A stretch of DNA of 64,000 bases from Eledone cirrhosa (GCA_964016885.1 OZ024740.1:266104001-266168000); one strand, 5' to 3'; positions 38,801 through 54,614 are shown, counted from the first letter of the stretch. Program-made: numbers and translations. Notes: generated from the letters alone by a model not told the origin.

Positions 38801-40047
38801 AAATACTACTTACTGCTGGTTAACATATATTAACTGTGGTTAACATATATTAGAAATAAAATGAAAATGATATCTTAAAAAACGTACTTGAGAACATGAC
38901 TCCCTTCTTCGCATTTTAAGGGTTTTATTTCTTTTGATGGAAAACAGTGACTGTTTTCGGTTTGGCATTTCGTAAAATGGTACTGTATGTTAACAGCGAA
39001 AGAAAGCTGCGAAAGAACGCAGCGAAATAAATTGATGAGTTAGTATTAGAAGAGGGGGAAATAACTCACCGAACGCGATAGTTTTGGGGCCCTAGTGACC
39101 ACATTTTTCAAGTTAGAGATTTTAAACCTCATCTATTTGCTTCCTTGGCACTTTTTACATAGGTGTGTAAATTTTCAAGTCCGTCCGACCACGTCTACTA
39201 CCATTTAACCGTGCACATCTGAATTTCAACCACCGCCCATTTCACAAATATATATTAGATATATTTTTTTGACGTTATATATTTTTTTCCCTTGAATTTC
39301 TTCTTTCTTCTCTCCTTCCGTGCTCGTATTATACCTATTATTTACTTTTTCCTATTACAATATATAGAAACAAACTTGGACTCTAATTAATTCCTCTAAG
39401 TTCATAATTCATTTAACCTTATCTTCATTCACCTTATCTTCTTAATATATTTTATTTTAATAATACATTTTAATAAATGCCCTTTCGCACATATTATTAA
39501 ACCCTTCAATATATAAACCTTAAATAAATAGTATTCTTAATTCCTTTTTCTTTAATCATAAGCATCACCATTCATAAACCTCATTAACTTTTAATTTCTT
39601 AATTTTATGTTATCTCTCTCTCTCACTCATTTTCTCCTCCTCTCTTATCCTTCCTTCTTATACTCCTCTCCCGTCATCCTTTCCTTATTATTATATATTT
39701 TTTTCTTATTATATTCTTTCTTCCTCTTCCTTACATTTTCTTCCCCCTTCCTTTCCTTTTTTCCCAATCTCATATATCCATCTTATTTTTCATATGATGA
39801 TCTAACACTTCACTGCTCGCAAGTGTTTTTTAAGCTTCATATCATGTCTCCCTATTTTATCTGATGAGAACGCAAATATCATCCCATGGTGATATTTGTT
39901 TTTGAAATGCGCATAATAAAATAGATGGAACTCTTTTAACCATCTTTTGATTTTATATTATTTAGACTCCAGTCCTATAAATTGTTGAGTGCTACTTATC
40001 CGATATTTGCATTGCTTTATTGTGTAACAATAAAACTCACCTCCTAC
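35807..40047. mobile_element. Fold-back PLE 3'UTR, about 0.7-kb arms, with central Helitron
   Basis: 35807-36568 is inverted relative to 39260-39952; hammerhead cores 35851-35897(-) and 39861-39907(+); about 240-bp tandem duplication at 36745-37210. Confidence 0.8.
37238..39259 (-). mobile_element. Non-autonomous Helitron, second family
   Basis: Minus strand A|TCTAATATAT...CCGAGCAACGCCGGGTACCTCTGCTAG|T; internal duplications. Confidence 0.85.
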
Positions 40048-40156
40048 ATATATATATGAGAGATTCCGCCGAAAAATGAACAAAAACCCGTTGAGAAAGT
40101 GATCGTTATACCAAAAGCTTATTTTTATTTTTATAAGCAGACAGTATTATTGATTT

Positions 40157-40335
40157 TGGATTGGCAGTATCAGTAGAGGGTCGGACGCCATGCTTTCCAG
40201 CATAGTTACGTCCCTTTACGATCTGAGTTCAAATCCCGCCGAGGTTAACTTTGCCTTTCATCCTTATGGGGTCGATAAAATAAAGTACCAGTAATGCACT
40301 GGGTTATTGCTGGCCTTGTGCCTAAAGTAGAAACA
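40157..40335 (+). mobile_element. SINE family A with 11-bp TSD
   Basis: TSD ATTATTGATTT at 40146 and 40336. Confidence 0.85.
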
Positions 40336-40664
40336 ATTATTGATTTAGGTGTTGCAGAAACCCAAATTTCGGAGTATTACATCTTCCCCGAGGGTCCGGG
40401 TAACTATTTCAATCATATCTCATTTTGTTTGACCCATTTAGCTTGTTCGCTTTTTTGGCTATGGTGGCTACGGCTTCTTAACCATCGTCTCAGCGTGTAT
40501 GACCGTTTTAACTTATGTTTATAGCTCTGCTATCCTCTTCATATGCATGGAGCGCTTGTCTGCACATTATTGAAGTTGCGTTTCGCTAATTTCTACCCGC
40601 CGAAATGCGATTCTCGCTAAATTATATCTATCTCTCTATCTCTCTATCTCTCTCTATATATATA

Positions 40665-40735
<71 letters not shown>

Positions 40736-41059
40736 GGAAATGGTAGTTTACTTGAAGCATTGTGTAGTGAGGTATAAACGTTTGAAGTTAGAAGGCCAGA
40801 ACAATAAAGGTATGGATATAGAATATAAATACAGGTTTTTTTGCCTTTATATGGTTGTATTATCAACTCATTTAATCTTCTTTATATACATGCATATACA
40901 TGTATATAAAGAAAAAAATAGCTATATTTTCAGAGTGCAAGGTAAAAGATTATGTAGTTCTAGATATACGATATACTGTCTGGAGTAAAAATAGCTTGTG
41001 ATCACAACCTGAAGGTCTTTGGTCATAAGTTTGCTTCATCAGCTTACCTATGGCTAAAC

Positions 41060-41177
<118 letters not shown>

Positions 41178-41179
41178 CT

Positions 41180-43270
41180 GTTCTCAGGTCTCCTGGAAGT
41201 GGTCTACTGCAACTGGCGGCAGAACGGGAGAGTTCCCAGTTCTGTGACCGGGGGCGTAGTCACGTTAGTCAGGAAGGACGAAAATAGGGGGGATGATATG
41301 AGCAACTTCTGGCCCATGGTTCTGCTAGACACAGAGTTGCAGATTTTAGCCAAGGTGTTGCCGGGGAGGCTGACGCTTGTCGTCGGTCCTGGTGGGAGAG
41401 GCGCGGTCATGCGCGGTCCCGACCGGGTCCACGCGCGGCGGCCTCCACCTCGTGCGATGCATCATGGGGGGGGGGTCCCTGATCGGCTTCGACTTTCGAT
41501 GGGGTTGACCATCGTTGCCTGGGTGCAGTGCTCGGGGCGGCGGGCTCCGGACCCGTGTTCGGGGGCTAGATTGCTGCAATGCACAGCGGCAGCATCTGCT
41601 CTGGGGTCGGGGTGGACGGCTGCCTCTCGGGGCCGTTCCATGTCGCGCGATCCCTCCGACAGGGAAGCCCTCTCTCCTCTCTTCTGTTCGTACAGACTCT
41701 CGAGCCACTACTGCGGAAGTTGGAGCTATTGCAGGGCTTCCCTTTGGAACCGGGACTACGAAAAGCGGCGTCGGCCTATGCTGACGGCGTAGCTGTAATG
41801 GTGCCGAGCACCTCGCATATCGGTGAGGTCGGCACCTTACTGGAGGAATACGAAAGGTTCAAAGGAGCGAAGCTGAACCGGGACAAATCCGTCGGTTTGC
41901 AACTCGGAGAGGCAAAACCTGGAGAGGCAAACCGATGCCTTCCGATGGCGTCGTCGGACGCTGGACGGAAGGACCGGTAAAGCTGCTCGGGGTCTGGCTT
42001 GGTCCGGACCTCCAGGTGGAGAAGAACTGGAACGAGGTGACGGCCAAGGTGTTTGCACTCACCCAGAAGTGGGCCGTGTGCAAACTATCCTTGAATGGTC
42101 GGGCGGCGGTGGCGAACACTTTTATATCGTCCGTCATCTACTACCGCTTGACCGTCGTGCCTTGTCCAGCCAAAACGCTCACCACAATGGAGCGCGCGCT
42201 CTTCCAATTCATTTGGAAGAAACGGGCTCCTTTTGTGAGAAGATCCATCTGCTGCCAAAACACTTCAAACGGAGGGCTGGGGATGCCGTGGCTGACGATG
42301 CGCAAACACGCGCTCAGGCTGCGCCACATCCACGTATTCCTCACCAGACAAACGGTGTGGGCTCCGTTCGTGAGGCGAGCCTTCCCACGACACGTCTCGC
42401 TGACCGATCTGCAGTCCTGGGTCAAGCAAAGACCGAGGAAAATGGGCGACTGGCGCATCGAATGTGCTCAGGCGCTCACAGTCCTCTAGCAAACGAACCA
42501 GGCGATCAGTGGAGACTCCACTTCGACATTCTATAGAAGGTTGGTCTGCAGCAAGTGCGACGACGCGCTCGGAGAAACTCTAGGCGTAGAGGAGGACGAA
42601 CTGGCCAGTCTATTCGGTAGGACCCTCCGCCCGGGACTAATGGACAACTTCCAAAAGTCCCTGGCCTGGCAGTGCTACCGAGGAGCTCTACCAATTCGAG
42701 ACAAGCTCTACAGACACGGGCGCCGGGACAGGGGCCCTTCGAAAAAGATCTGTCAGAGATGCGTGCGCGACGAGGAAAGGGTCGCGCACGCATTTGTACA
42801 CTGCCCGGGCATTACCGAACTGTGGGGCTATGTAGAACGACTATTGTCGCGGGTGGGACCAGTCCAGTTGACCACCGAGTCCATTGTCATGATCAAACCG
42901 CCACCCTCCTTCAAAAACGAAGGGGAGGCGGTTTTCCTTTGTGTGATAGCTATGGCGAAAGAGGTTGTATGGTGGACAAGGTTGAAAGGGCTGAGGTCAG
43001 ACACCTTTCTCTCCGGCCAACAACTGATTCTTTTTTTCAAATACCACTTTGGAAGAAGAATCAGGATGGAGAGAGAGGTGCTGTACCCCAGCAAGTTTTA
43101 TGAAAGGTGGGTGAAAGTGGCGAGAATGGCCCGAATGAATGGGCCTTCTCTCTATATCAGCCTGTAGGTTGAGGAAAAGGAGGAGGAGAGGAAGGGAGTA
43201 CAAACTCTTCGTACTCCTGGAGATGAGGGTTGCACATTTGGGTATGTGTTACCCATATAAACTGTCTCCC
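41180..43270 (+). mobile_element. Tx1/L1-clade LINE ORF2 3' part, frameshifted
   Basis: NFWPMVLLDTELQILAKVL, SLRQGSPLS, YADG, KLLGVWLG, GGLGMP, CQRC..HAFVHC. Confidence 0.85.
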
Positions 43271-43339
43271 TCTATTGGGGAAAATCGACTAACTTTTTAA
43301 ATTCCATCTGTGATAACATTTTACACGTTTTTATTGTAT

Positions 43340-43540
43340 GTTTGAAGAAGTCTGGCCGCGGTGTCCCGGATGGGGCATATGCGGCCACCAGCCTGAAGGC
43401 TCCACCTTCACTACCGTCAACGTCTAGGACCACCGGTCGACCCTCAGGGTCCAGATGTACCGTCTGTGTTACGAGGCCCAGGTGTTTCCGCAGCAAAACG
43501 GCAACTCCGCCCCCACCCCCGGTTGACAGAGAGATGCGTA
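43340..43540 (-). pseudogene. Tx1/L1-type APE endonuclease fragment, opposite orientation
   Basis: GGGVAVLLRK..DPEGR.VVLDV..FRLVAAYAPS..R..FF. Confidence 0.8.
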
Positions 43541-43588
43541 GATCTCAAAGTCGAGATATAGATAGATAGATAGATAGATAGATGGATG

Positions 43589-43671
<83 letters not shown>

Positions 43672-44202
43672 TGAGAGAGAGAGAGAAATCATCGTTTAGT
43701 CATAGGTAAGCTGATGAAGCAAACTTATGAGCAAAGGCCTTCAGGTTGTGATCACACAACCCATTTTTACTCCAGACAATATATCGTATATCTAGATTTA
43801 CATAATCTTTTACCTTGCACTCTGAAAATATAGCCATTTTTTCCTGTTTAAATCAATATATTTTAATAAAGGGAGGTAACCTCGTACGACAAATTAAAAT
43901 GTCTTAAAGTATGCTGTTTTCTCCTTCACTCATTTGATTTTTTTGAAAAAATTTAAATAACATTTCGTTTTTATATTCACAGATATTTCCAAACGTAAGG
44001 TGGAATATTTGAAATTGCCTAAGCCCTTCAAAAGGCGTTAGAGTGAATGGGAGACAAGGGAGTGTTTTGATAATGGTGAACAGTATAAATATATTACAAC
44101 TGAATAAAGTAAACGAAATGGAATGTTGCATACATTTAATCGTTGGCTTCTAATAATTATGCACCCACATGGAAGAAGGCATGAAGCTTGCAGACTTCGA
44201 GG

Positions 44203-45118
<916 letters not shown>

Positions 45119-45558
45119 TTCATCAAATAACTTTGATATAAGTCTAAAAGCAGATTATTATAAAGAAATAAGTATTGACTTTGATGCAAGCCTGTGCGCA
45201 TTGTCGTAAAATTTCATTATCGAAAAATTCGGAGGCTGCAAAGCAAGTCATCTGTGGAAGACACTTTAACAAGGTAGTCAGAAGTCACAATAATAAGTAA
45301 ACCTGTGCTGTTTTTGGAAAAGACGTGCTTAATGAGGAAGTGAAAGACAGTGGATGATATATGCTGAGCCTGGAAGCTTAAGAGAAATGAGTGTTTACGA
45401 AAAGTGTACTGAGATAGACACAATCGGACGTAAAGGGTTGTTAAACTAAGAGGAAAAACTTTCACATCTTTCACTAATTTAGGGCGATAATTGAGTTGTA
45501 AAATATGGCAGCTTATAGTTGCAGCCACAGAGAGTGTTTATACATTCGCACACACAAG

Positions 45559-45611
<53 letters not shown>

Positions 45612-46181
45612 ACACACATCTATATATATATACATACATACATACATTCATACTACATACATGTGTGTGTGTGCGTGTGTGTGTGCGTGCGTGTGTGCGT
45701 GTGTGTGTGTGTGCGCGTGTGTGTGTCCGTGTGTGTGTGTGTGCGTGTGCGTGTGTGAGTGTGTGTGTGTGTGTGTGTATTTGTGTGTGTGTGTGTATGT
45801 GTGTGTGTGTGTGTATGTGTGTGTGTGTGTGTGTGTGTTTGTGTGTGTGCGTGCGTGCGTGTGCGTATTAAATAAAATAAATTTTATGAACTGCTATATC
45901 TATCAGACCGCAATACAGTGCGGCAGAATAACGCTTCATTTTATAAAATAAACTTTTTACATTGAATAAAACATGAAATCTAAAGTAAATAACTGTTAGA
46001 CTAATTATCACTTGTAATTATTTAATTATTAATTCCAACTTTTTTTTCTTTTTCATAAATTTGTTATTTCATATTTCATCGACTTTTGTAGGATGAAAAC
46101 TGATGCTGATCTCTAAACAGATTTATACTTAGAACTTTCTCCGCACTATATATTGTTCTCAGACAACTATGTTATGAAGTT

Positions 46182-46512
46182 GAAGGTGCGTAGCGGTGCG
46201 TAGCGGTGCGTAGCGGTGCGTAGCGGTGCGTAGCGGTGCGTAGCGGTGCGTAGTGGTCTGTTGTGTTCCTGAGCAAAACACTTTATTTCATGTTCCTCCA
46301 GTTCACTCAGCTGTAGAAATGAATTGCGACGTCACTGGTGCCAAACTGTTTCTGCCATTGCCTTTCCCTTGGAGATAAGTGGCATGGAGAGGAGAGACTG
46401 GCATGCATGGGCATCTGCTGGTCTTCCACAAACACACCTTGCCAAGGTTTGTGCATTGGAAGGGAACTCCTAGGTGCAAAACCATGATCATTCGTGACAG
46501 AAGGGGGCCTAC
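46182..46512 (+). mobile_element. SINE (family B-like head) with 7x 10-mer tandem repeat
   Basis: (GGTGCGTAGC)7 at 46185-46254, then TGTGTTCCTGAGCAAAACACTTT body. Confidence 0.7.
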
Positions 46513-46574
46513 GATGTTGTGAAGTATATAGAGTTAAATGTCTATCAGATTTATATAGAAAGAGAAACCAAATT

Positions 46575-46822
46575 TGTGGCACGTAGCCTAGTGGTAAATC
46601 TGTTGGACTAACAATCATAATGTCGTGGTTTCGATTCCTTCACTGGGTTGTGTGTTGAGATCTTGAGAAAATATTTCTTTTCACTTTGCTTCAGTACACT
46701 CAACTAAATATGAGTACCAGCGACCTATCCTGAGGAAGTCTTGTACACTCAGTTGCTTAATGCCATGGAAACCGAGATAAGCACCAGCCTGATAAACCTC
46801 CAGGCTCGAGACAGACTTAGAC
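46575..46822 (+). mobile_element. SINE family B
   Basis: Aligns with 20315-20600. Confidence 0.75.
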
Positions 46823-48082
46823 TTTTTGAAACTAAATCACATGGAGAGCATATATATAGTGAAACGGAATACAATAGTTAATACTAGACATAGCAGAGTC
46901 CTCGCATATCCTGCTTTAGTTCTACTTTACAGTATTCACCACAACCAATAATCCACAATGATTTCGGTTCTTGCATTGGCGTAATCCCTCCGGGAAGTCA
47001 GCGAGTTGGCAGAATCGTTATAACGTCGGATAGAATGCGTTGCAGTATTCTTTTTGCCTCTCTACACTATGAGTTTAAATCCCGCCGAGGTCTACATTTC
47101 CTTTCATTCTTTGGAGGCCAATAGAAAAAGAAGTACCAGTCTAGTACTGGAGTCGATTCTCGCTCTATATCTTTTTCTCATTTCCTCCCTCTCTGTCATT
47201 GTATATTCTTCTCTGGAAGAAATCTGCTGTATTCAGACATATAATATGAAATAGGCTAGATATTTAATTGAACGTTCAGATAACCAACGTTTATGTGTAG
47301 TGTGTCTATGTTTGCCAGCAATGATTTAATACACTTTAGATTTTCTCTAACATTTAGACGAATCACCCAGAGACTGTCCATTCTATTGAATCCGTTTAAA
47401 ATGAAATTTCCGAGAGAGGAGATATTCATACACTGCTGAAGTGTTCTGGTGGAGACAATCAAAGGCTAGGAAACATGGCGGAAGCCTTGAGGCTACTTAA
47501 AGATTCTATCAACGCCAAGTTGATTCTACGAATATAAAGTATTTAAAACCTGATGCGTGGAATTCTATCACGCTTATTGCTTTTACTCAGAATTACAAAG
47601 AATCAGCACAGGAAATTAAAACGTTATCTAATGAGCGAATGTAAGATATGTTAAGATGAAAGACATGAAAATTATGGGAAAACATTGTTGTTGTCTTTGT
47701 GATAAGATATACTGTTGATTGTGAGTCTTCGACAACTAACACTAGCACAGAGAAAGAAGTAAACGGGGAAAAAAGAAAATATTTCCTTTTATCTTGTCCT
47801 CTTACAGTAAACAAAATCATCGGCTAAAAACCCTTGCTGTTATAGGCAGCTCTTAATCTTGTGTTCATTGTAAGTAAATTCACGTTGCTCACACACTGCC
47901 CCTGCTACCTAACCATAATCGTTTGATTAATACTTCTTTTTCTCCTTACAGATTTTATTCTTTTTAGTACTGTTAAAGTTGAGATTTTTTGTTATCGTTG
48001 CTCTTGTTGCAAAACCTCACTGTCAGGCACTTTAGCTTCCCTCTTACCTGCTACATACCTCTTAACACTTCTTACACATCAA

Positions 48083-48309
<227 letters not shown>

Positions 48310-48484
48310 TATATATATATATATATATATGATTGACGTGGATAATACCGCAGCAACTCTCTGAAGAAGCTCAGCAAACTACCAAATCTCTTGGCTGAAG
48401 CATCATAGCTTTGTTGTAAGAAATTGAATAAATATAATTATATATATATATGTGTGTGCTTTGGTGTGTGTATATATATATATA

Positions 48485-49651
48485 TTTTATGAACGAGTCC
48501 GAGCATCTAACTTACACTGCTTCGGACTCACACACACGGACATCCACCAACTCCTCTCCTTCGTTGTGGATAATGCATTCTTCAATTTCCTCGGCCACAC
48601 GTACAAACAGATCTCTGGGCTACCTATGGGCTCTAGTCTGTCCGGCATACTTGCGATCTCGTACATGGACCACCTGGAACGCAAGGCACTCAACACCTGC
48701 CAACCCAACGCCGTCGCCTTCTACTCCAGATACGTCGATGACATACTGATACTCACTTCTTCCCGGGAGATGGCGAATGAAATTCACCAAATCTTCAACG
48801 ACACTGACCATCACGTCGATTTCACCATCGAACACCCTGGAGAAGACGGGTCACTCGCCCTCCTCGACTTCCGTATCAACATCTCGGAAGAAGGAGACAT
48901 AAACACCACCTTCTACCGCAAGGCAGCGTGCAAGGACTTATTTGTGCATTACAACTCAGCCCTCCCCAACAACGCTAAGAGAGGCTATGTCCTAAATGAA
49001 CTTACACGGATCACTAATAGATGCAGCGACCCGATGGGTGGTCTCACCCATACCACGCAATTCCGTAATCTACTCAAGTCTAATGGATATCCCAAGCGAC
49101 TGATTAACGGAATTAGAGACCCTAGACCCAATAGACAGACACCCACTAGAAACTTAGATAAAAGCAGGTGCTTCTTTAAAATCCCCCACCTGAGTGAATA
49201 TACCACGAACGCCATCCGCAGGGCCATACGGAGGGAGGGACTTGACATACATTTGGCCCACACAGGACCTTCGCTCCGAAGATGCCTCTCCAACAAACCC
49301 GACGAGTCAGATGGGACGTGTTCCCTCAGCAACTGCCCGATACGGGGGGCAGATTGCCTACGCACCTATGTCGTATATAAGATTCAATGCGATAAATGTA
49401 ACAAGTTTTACATAGGTAGCACAATCCGACCCCTACATGTTCGTATCAAGGAACATGTCAACACCAACGCATCTTCCTTCCGTAAACACATCCTTAAATG
49501 CGGAAACCCACAGGGCAGACCCTTGGTCACAGTCCTAGCGACTGAACGCAGCATCGGATCCTTAAGGATAAAGGAAGCACTTGTTATTAAGAACCTCAGA
49601 CCCCCACTTAACAACCGGGCTGAGAGAAATGAGCTGACATGGCTAATTTAA
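48485..49651 (+). CDS. 5'-truncated Penelope-like RT plus GIY-YIG ORF, about 390 open codons
   Basis: YKQISGLPMGSSLS, RYVDD, FTIE..LLD, FYRK, VVYKIQC..C..FYIGST.R.L..R..EH. The ORF-track start lies in microsatellite. Confidence 0.9.
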   Translation, partial: FYERVRASNLHCFGLTHTDIHQLLSFVVDNAFFNFLGHTYKQISGLPMGSSLSGILAISYMDHLERKALNTCQPNAVAFYSRYVDDILILTSSREMANEIHQIFNDTDHHVDFTIEHPGEDGSLALLDFRINISEEGDINTTFYRKAACKDLFVHYNSALPNNAKRGYVLNELTRITNRCSDPMGGLTHTTQFRNLLKSNGYPKRLINGIRDPRPNRQTPTRNLDKSRCFFKIPHLSEYTTNAIRRAIRREGLDIHLAHTGPSLRRCLSNKPDESDGTCSLSNCPIRGADCLRTYVVYKIQCDKCNKFYIGSTIRPLHVRIKEHVNTNASSFRKHILKCGNPQGRPLVTVLATERSIGSLRIKEALVIKNLRPPLNNRAERNELTWLI

Positions 49652-50089
49652 CCATAGTGACTAGTAACAGCCCCTACGGCCTACTATCCTTCACACACAC
49701 GCACTTATATGTATACCCATACACATACACACACACATCTATATTTATACACGCACACATGTTTATACAACCTACCACCTTTCACACTCTTTGTTTTCCA
49801 GCTTCTACGGCCCACTATCTTTCACACACACACACTCACATACATACACACATACACATATACACACACAGTTACACACACATATATATTTATACACATA
49901 TTTTACGGCTTTCACACGCTAGCGCACCCTATTGATTTAACCCAATTGGTCAGTAGCATTTGCCACAGCCTATCACGCGCACGCGCATTCTTTCCCTCGT
50001 TTGAATTTTCCCCATAACGGCATTCCTAAGTTTTAACGACGATACAACTTTCTCCGGCTTAGCCCCCCCCCCCCCCTTTTGGAACTTTT

Positions 50090-50124
50090 CCCCCGCTGAT
50101 GGGCGTGAGCCCGAAATATTGGGA
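50090..50124 (+). ncRNA. Variant hammerhead motif in the PLE 3'UTR
   Basis: CTGAT-gggc gtga gccc-GAAA-tattggg; core is shortened relative to CTGATGA. Confidence 0.5.
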
Positions 50125-50259
50125 TTAAATCTCCTCTACGGTAACCCTTCTACCTTTGTTTTGTTTTCATTTTCATTTTCACTTTTCTCCTATTTCTCAC
50201 TCACTTCTTACCTCGAGATTTCCCATCTGCATTGTTGTGGCTTTCTAAACTACATATTT

Positions 50260-50302
<43 letters not shown>

Positions 50303-50307
<5 letters not shown>

Positions 50308-50907
50308 GGCTGCCAACTCGTTTTCGAGTACGGCCACTACTTTATATCCATGTAGGAGAACCCCTACCGATGCGCTGAATGAGTGTGACTTTTGAGTCCA
50401 GCCAGCGACTTGATAACTCTGGTACAAACACTACACTTGTGACAATTATTGACACATAGTCCTGGGCCCATGGTACCATGTGACAAGTGCAGAGATCTCC
50501 AGATATAAAGCAATGCCTGTGCCATGAAGCTTTTATAGTGAGCAAAGGCATTGCACAGAGCCAGTCCCACTCTCTTAACCAAGATGATATTTACCAAAAA
50601 GTAGAACAAGTCAACATCATTGGATACCATCAGGGTTGCAGGTGTTATATCAGAGTTTTCCTTCTCCTAGAATTCTGCCTTGACAAAGGCTAAGGGGTCG
50701 TCTCTCCCGGTGATTTTGGATGGCCATTGACTCTTAAGAGCTCCTTTGCCCTTTGACAGGTTTTGTTTTTAGTCCTGCAGGATGTCCAAAGTCACCCTCC
50801 TCACCAAGAAACCTTGGTGGGGTTGCCAGTTTAGTCGCCAACGACCCGACCATGAAACAGGTTGTACTGGGATACATGTTACCAGTAGCACCAACTGGTG
50901 ACCTGAC
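50303..50907 (-). mobile_element. Non-autonomous RTE-derived element, divergent subfamily keeping the last zinc finger
   Basis: Leader homologous to 105-560 (CTAGGAGAAGGAAAACTC); CSVCTRVIKSLAGLKSHTHSAH resembles the 2225-ORF C-terminus; 3' hairpin CTCGAAAACGAG. Confidence 0.85.
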
Positions 50908-50941
50908 ATATATATATATACACATATATATATATATATTT

Positions 50942-51064
<123 letters not shown>

Positions 51065-51339
51065 AATTTCAAGTTATCAATAATGTAGTGAATATATCGT
51101 CACGTTAGAGATGAAAAGCGTACGTGTAGGTTTGCTCAACGAGTATAAATTATATTCCGGAGAAAATGTAGAAAAGATGAATATAAAATGAAAGGAATTT
51201 ATTAGGTATTGACATATGTTTCTGTAACAGACGGAATACCTATGTATCGCTGCTTGCGTAATCATATAATGTTAGCAAGTATTCGATAGCAAATGTATAA
51301 TCAGTTGTCACTTCTTCAGAACGGAAGGAAACATAATAG

Positions 51340-51385
51340 TACCACTGATGATGTCACAGATGTGTGACGAAAGAATTTGATAGAT
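51340..51385 (+). ncRNA. Hammerhead ribozyme motif
   Basis: CTGATGA-t-gtcaca gatg tgtgac-GAAA; a long-stem core also lies on the minus strand at 51219-51319. Confidence 0.7.
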
Positions 51386-51570
51386 TATATATATATATTT
51401 ATATCTGTATTTTAACCGTTGGTCAATCAATGATAAACATTGATTGCCAGATAAATTAACTATGGTGATATAAAAGATACAGAAGCGAAAACCAACCCAA
51501 CCAAACAGTAAGTGTGTTCTATTATTATTATTTCTGGCAATATTATAACAATATGACCCTCCTCAAATAT

Positions 51571-51609
<39 letters not shown>

Positions 51610-51615
<6 letters not shown>

Positions 51616-51772
51616 TGTAATAAACAACATAAGGCAATTATTCCATTTACCAGTGGTTTCTTAAAAGCAAAAGATTTTGCTTTCAATCCTCAGAATTGAA
51701 AGCAAAATCTTTTGCTTTTAAGAAACCACTGGTAAATGGAATAATTGCCTTATATTGTTTATTACATAACTA
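51610..51772. repeat. Fold-back palindrome, about 78-bp arms, tail on the right
   Basis: Centre caatcctcagaattg near 51690. Confidence 0.9.
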
Positions 51773-51887
51773 TTAAGCTCTGTTACCTACATAGAGCACT
51801 CTTTTTTCCTGGACTTTTCCGACGGAATTACTTCACATATATACATGGCCTCAGCCGGATGGCTGAAACAGGTAAAAGGGTAAAAGA

Positions 51888-51939
<52 letters not shown>

Positions 51940-52059
51940 TTTTATTTATTTATTTAGGTATGGTCAACCTCGATGTAATATTATGTATGGAGAGCACTCA
52001 ACGTAATGCAACTCACCCGTCTTCGTCTGTGTAGTTGGTGGTGCGAGTACGGAGTTAAT

Positions 52060-52532
<473 letters not shown>

Positions 52533-53249
52533 ATGAGGTGCTGAATTCAATACAAAATGATAATGCTAGAAAAAGAAAAGTATTACATTGATAATCGTTT
52601 TATTATGTTAGTTTTAGATATAATCCTTTAATATTTAACATTCTCGCATTGAATGCTGTTGGAAAGCCAACAAATATTTTTCAAACTTTTCATAAATGAT
52701 TCCCAAATCGCCCTCCTAGCAATCTGTTTGTTGTTTTTGTGTGTATGTTTATATGTGTGTGTTATTTTGTGTATGTGTGTGTTATTTTGTGTGTGTGTGT
52801 GTGTTATTTTGTGTATTTGTGTATGTGAGTTATTTTTTCATTTAATTTTACTTTGTTAACAAATAAATAGACGTGGGCAAAAATAACACGAAGATAATAG
52901 ATTGTAACTGACTGCAATTTTGTAAATTATTGAAAATTTTGATAACATATCAAACATGAGATTGCAGATGAGAAACAGACTTTCTAAGGTGTAATATATA
53001 TTTTATTGTGTACGCATTATTGTAAGACTTGCTAGTGTGCATAATATATTTTTGTATGTATATGAAAGTGTTTATGTGAGAGTGTGTTTGTTTGTATAAA
53101 TGTGTATACATGTGTGTCTATGTGAGTGAGGATGGCTAATAAAAGATGTTTGGAGTTCAGTAGATAACTTATATTACCGACAGATATATATATTCTTTAT
53201 GAAGAACGATTTTCCTGTTTAACTTTGATTTATCTTTATACCATTTTCA

Positions 53250-53329
53250 TATGTATATACACTATAAACAGACATATACGTTTATATATATATATGTGTG
53301 TGTGTTTGTGCGCACGTGCATGTGTGTGT

Positions 53330-53369
<40 letters not shown>

Positions 53370-53621
53370 GTTTATATTTATAATTATATATTTATATATA
53401 CATATATATATATTTAACAATCTATGAGTACATATATACATGCGTACAAACATACATATATACATATATACATATACACATACATACATACATACATGTA
53501 TAGGGGCATATATACATATACATATATGCATACGTACATACGTACATACACACATATATTTTTTGTTTATATATATATATATATAATTATAAATATAAAC
53601 ATATACATATACATATATATA

Positions 53622-53686
<65 letters not shown>

Positions 53687-54281
53687 TGTGTGTGTATATA
53701 TGCATATATATATATGTTTATATTTATAATTATATATATATATAAACAAAAATATATGTGTGTGTATGTATGTACGTATGTACGTATGCATATATATATA
53801 TGTGTATATGTATGTATGGCTCTATAAATGTATATATGTATATATGTATATATGTATATATGTACATATATATACATGTATATATGTACATATATATACA
53901 TGTATATATGTGCATATTTGTATGTATATATATATGTATATATGTATGTATGTTATGTTTGTATGTATGTATATAAGCATATAATCATTGAATGTTACAT
54001 GTGAGCCAATATTGCCTAAACTGTTATAAATATAATATAAATAAGCAGGTAACATGAAACGTAAATGACAAGTCATAGCTTTCTAAGAGGAAGGAGGTAG
54101 GAAAGGAAGAAAACAATCGAAACTATATATACCGTCTATAATAATAGTTTACAATACAAGAAATCTGACGAAAAAACGAAATATATGAATGTATGTTTGT
54201 ATGTATGTATGTGTGTGTGTTTATGTATGTTTGTATGTATATATATATATATGTGTGTGTGTGTGTACGTATATATATATG

Positions 54282-54313
<32 letters not shown>

Positions 54314-54323
54314 TGTATGTATG

Positions 54324-54366
<43 letters not shown>

Positions 54367-54369
54367 ATG

Positions 54370-54409
<40 letters not shown>

Positions 54410-54558
54410 CGTTCGTGTGTGTACGTGTACATATATATATATATACATATCTATGCATGTATATATATATATGCATACATATATATATATGTATATATAT
54501 ATATGTATATATATATATGCATACATACATACATATACATATATATATATGCATATAC

Positions 54559-54614
<56 letters not shown>

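Noticed and set aside
43711-43745. CTGATGA in the Tx1-flanking arms as a hammerhead
   Set aside because: No properly placed stem II and GAAA.
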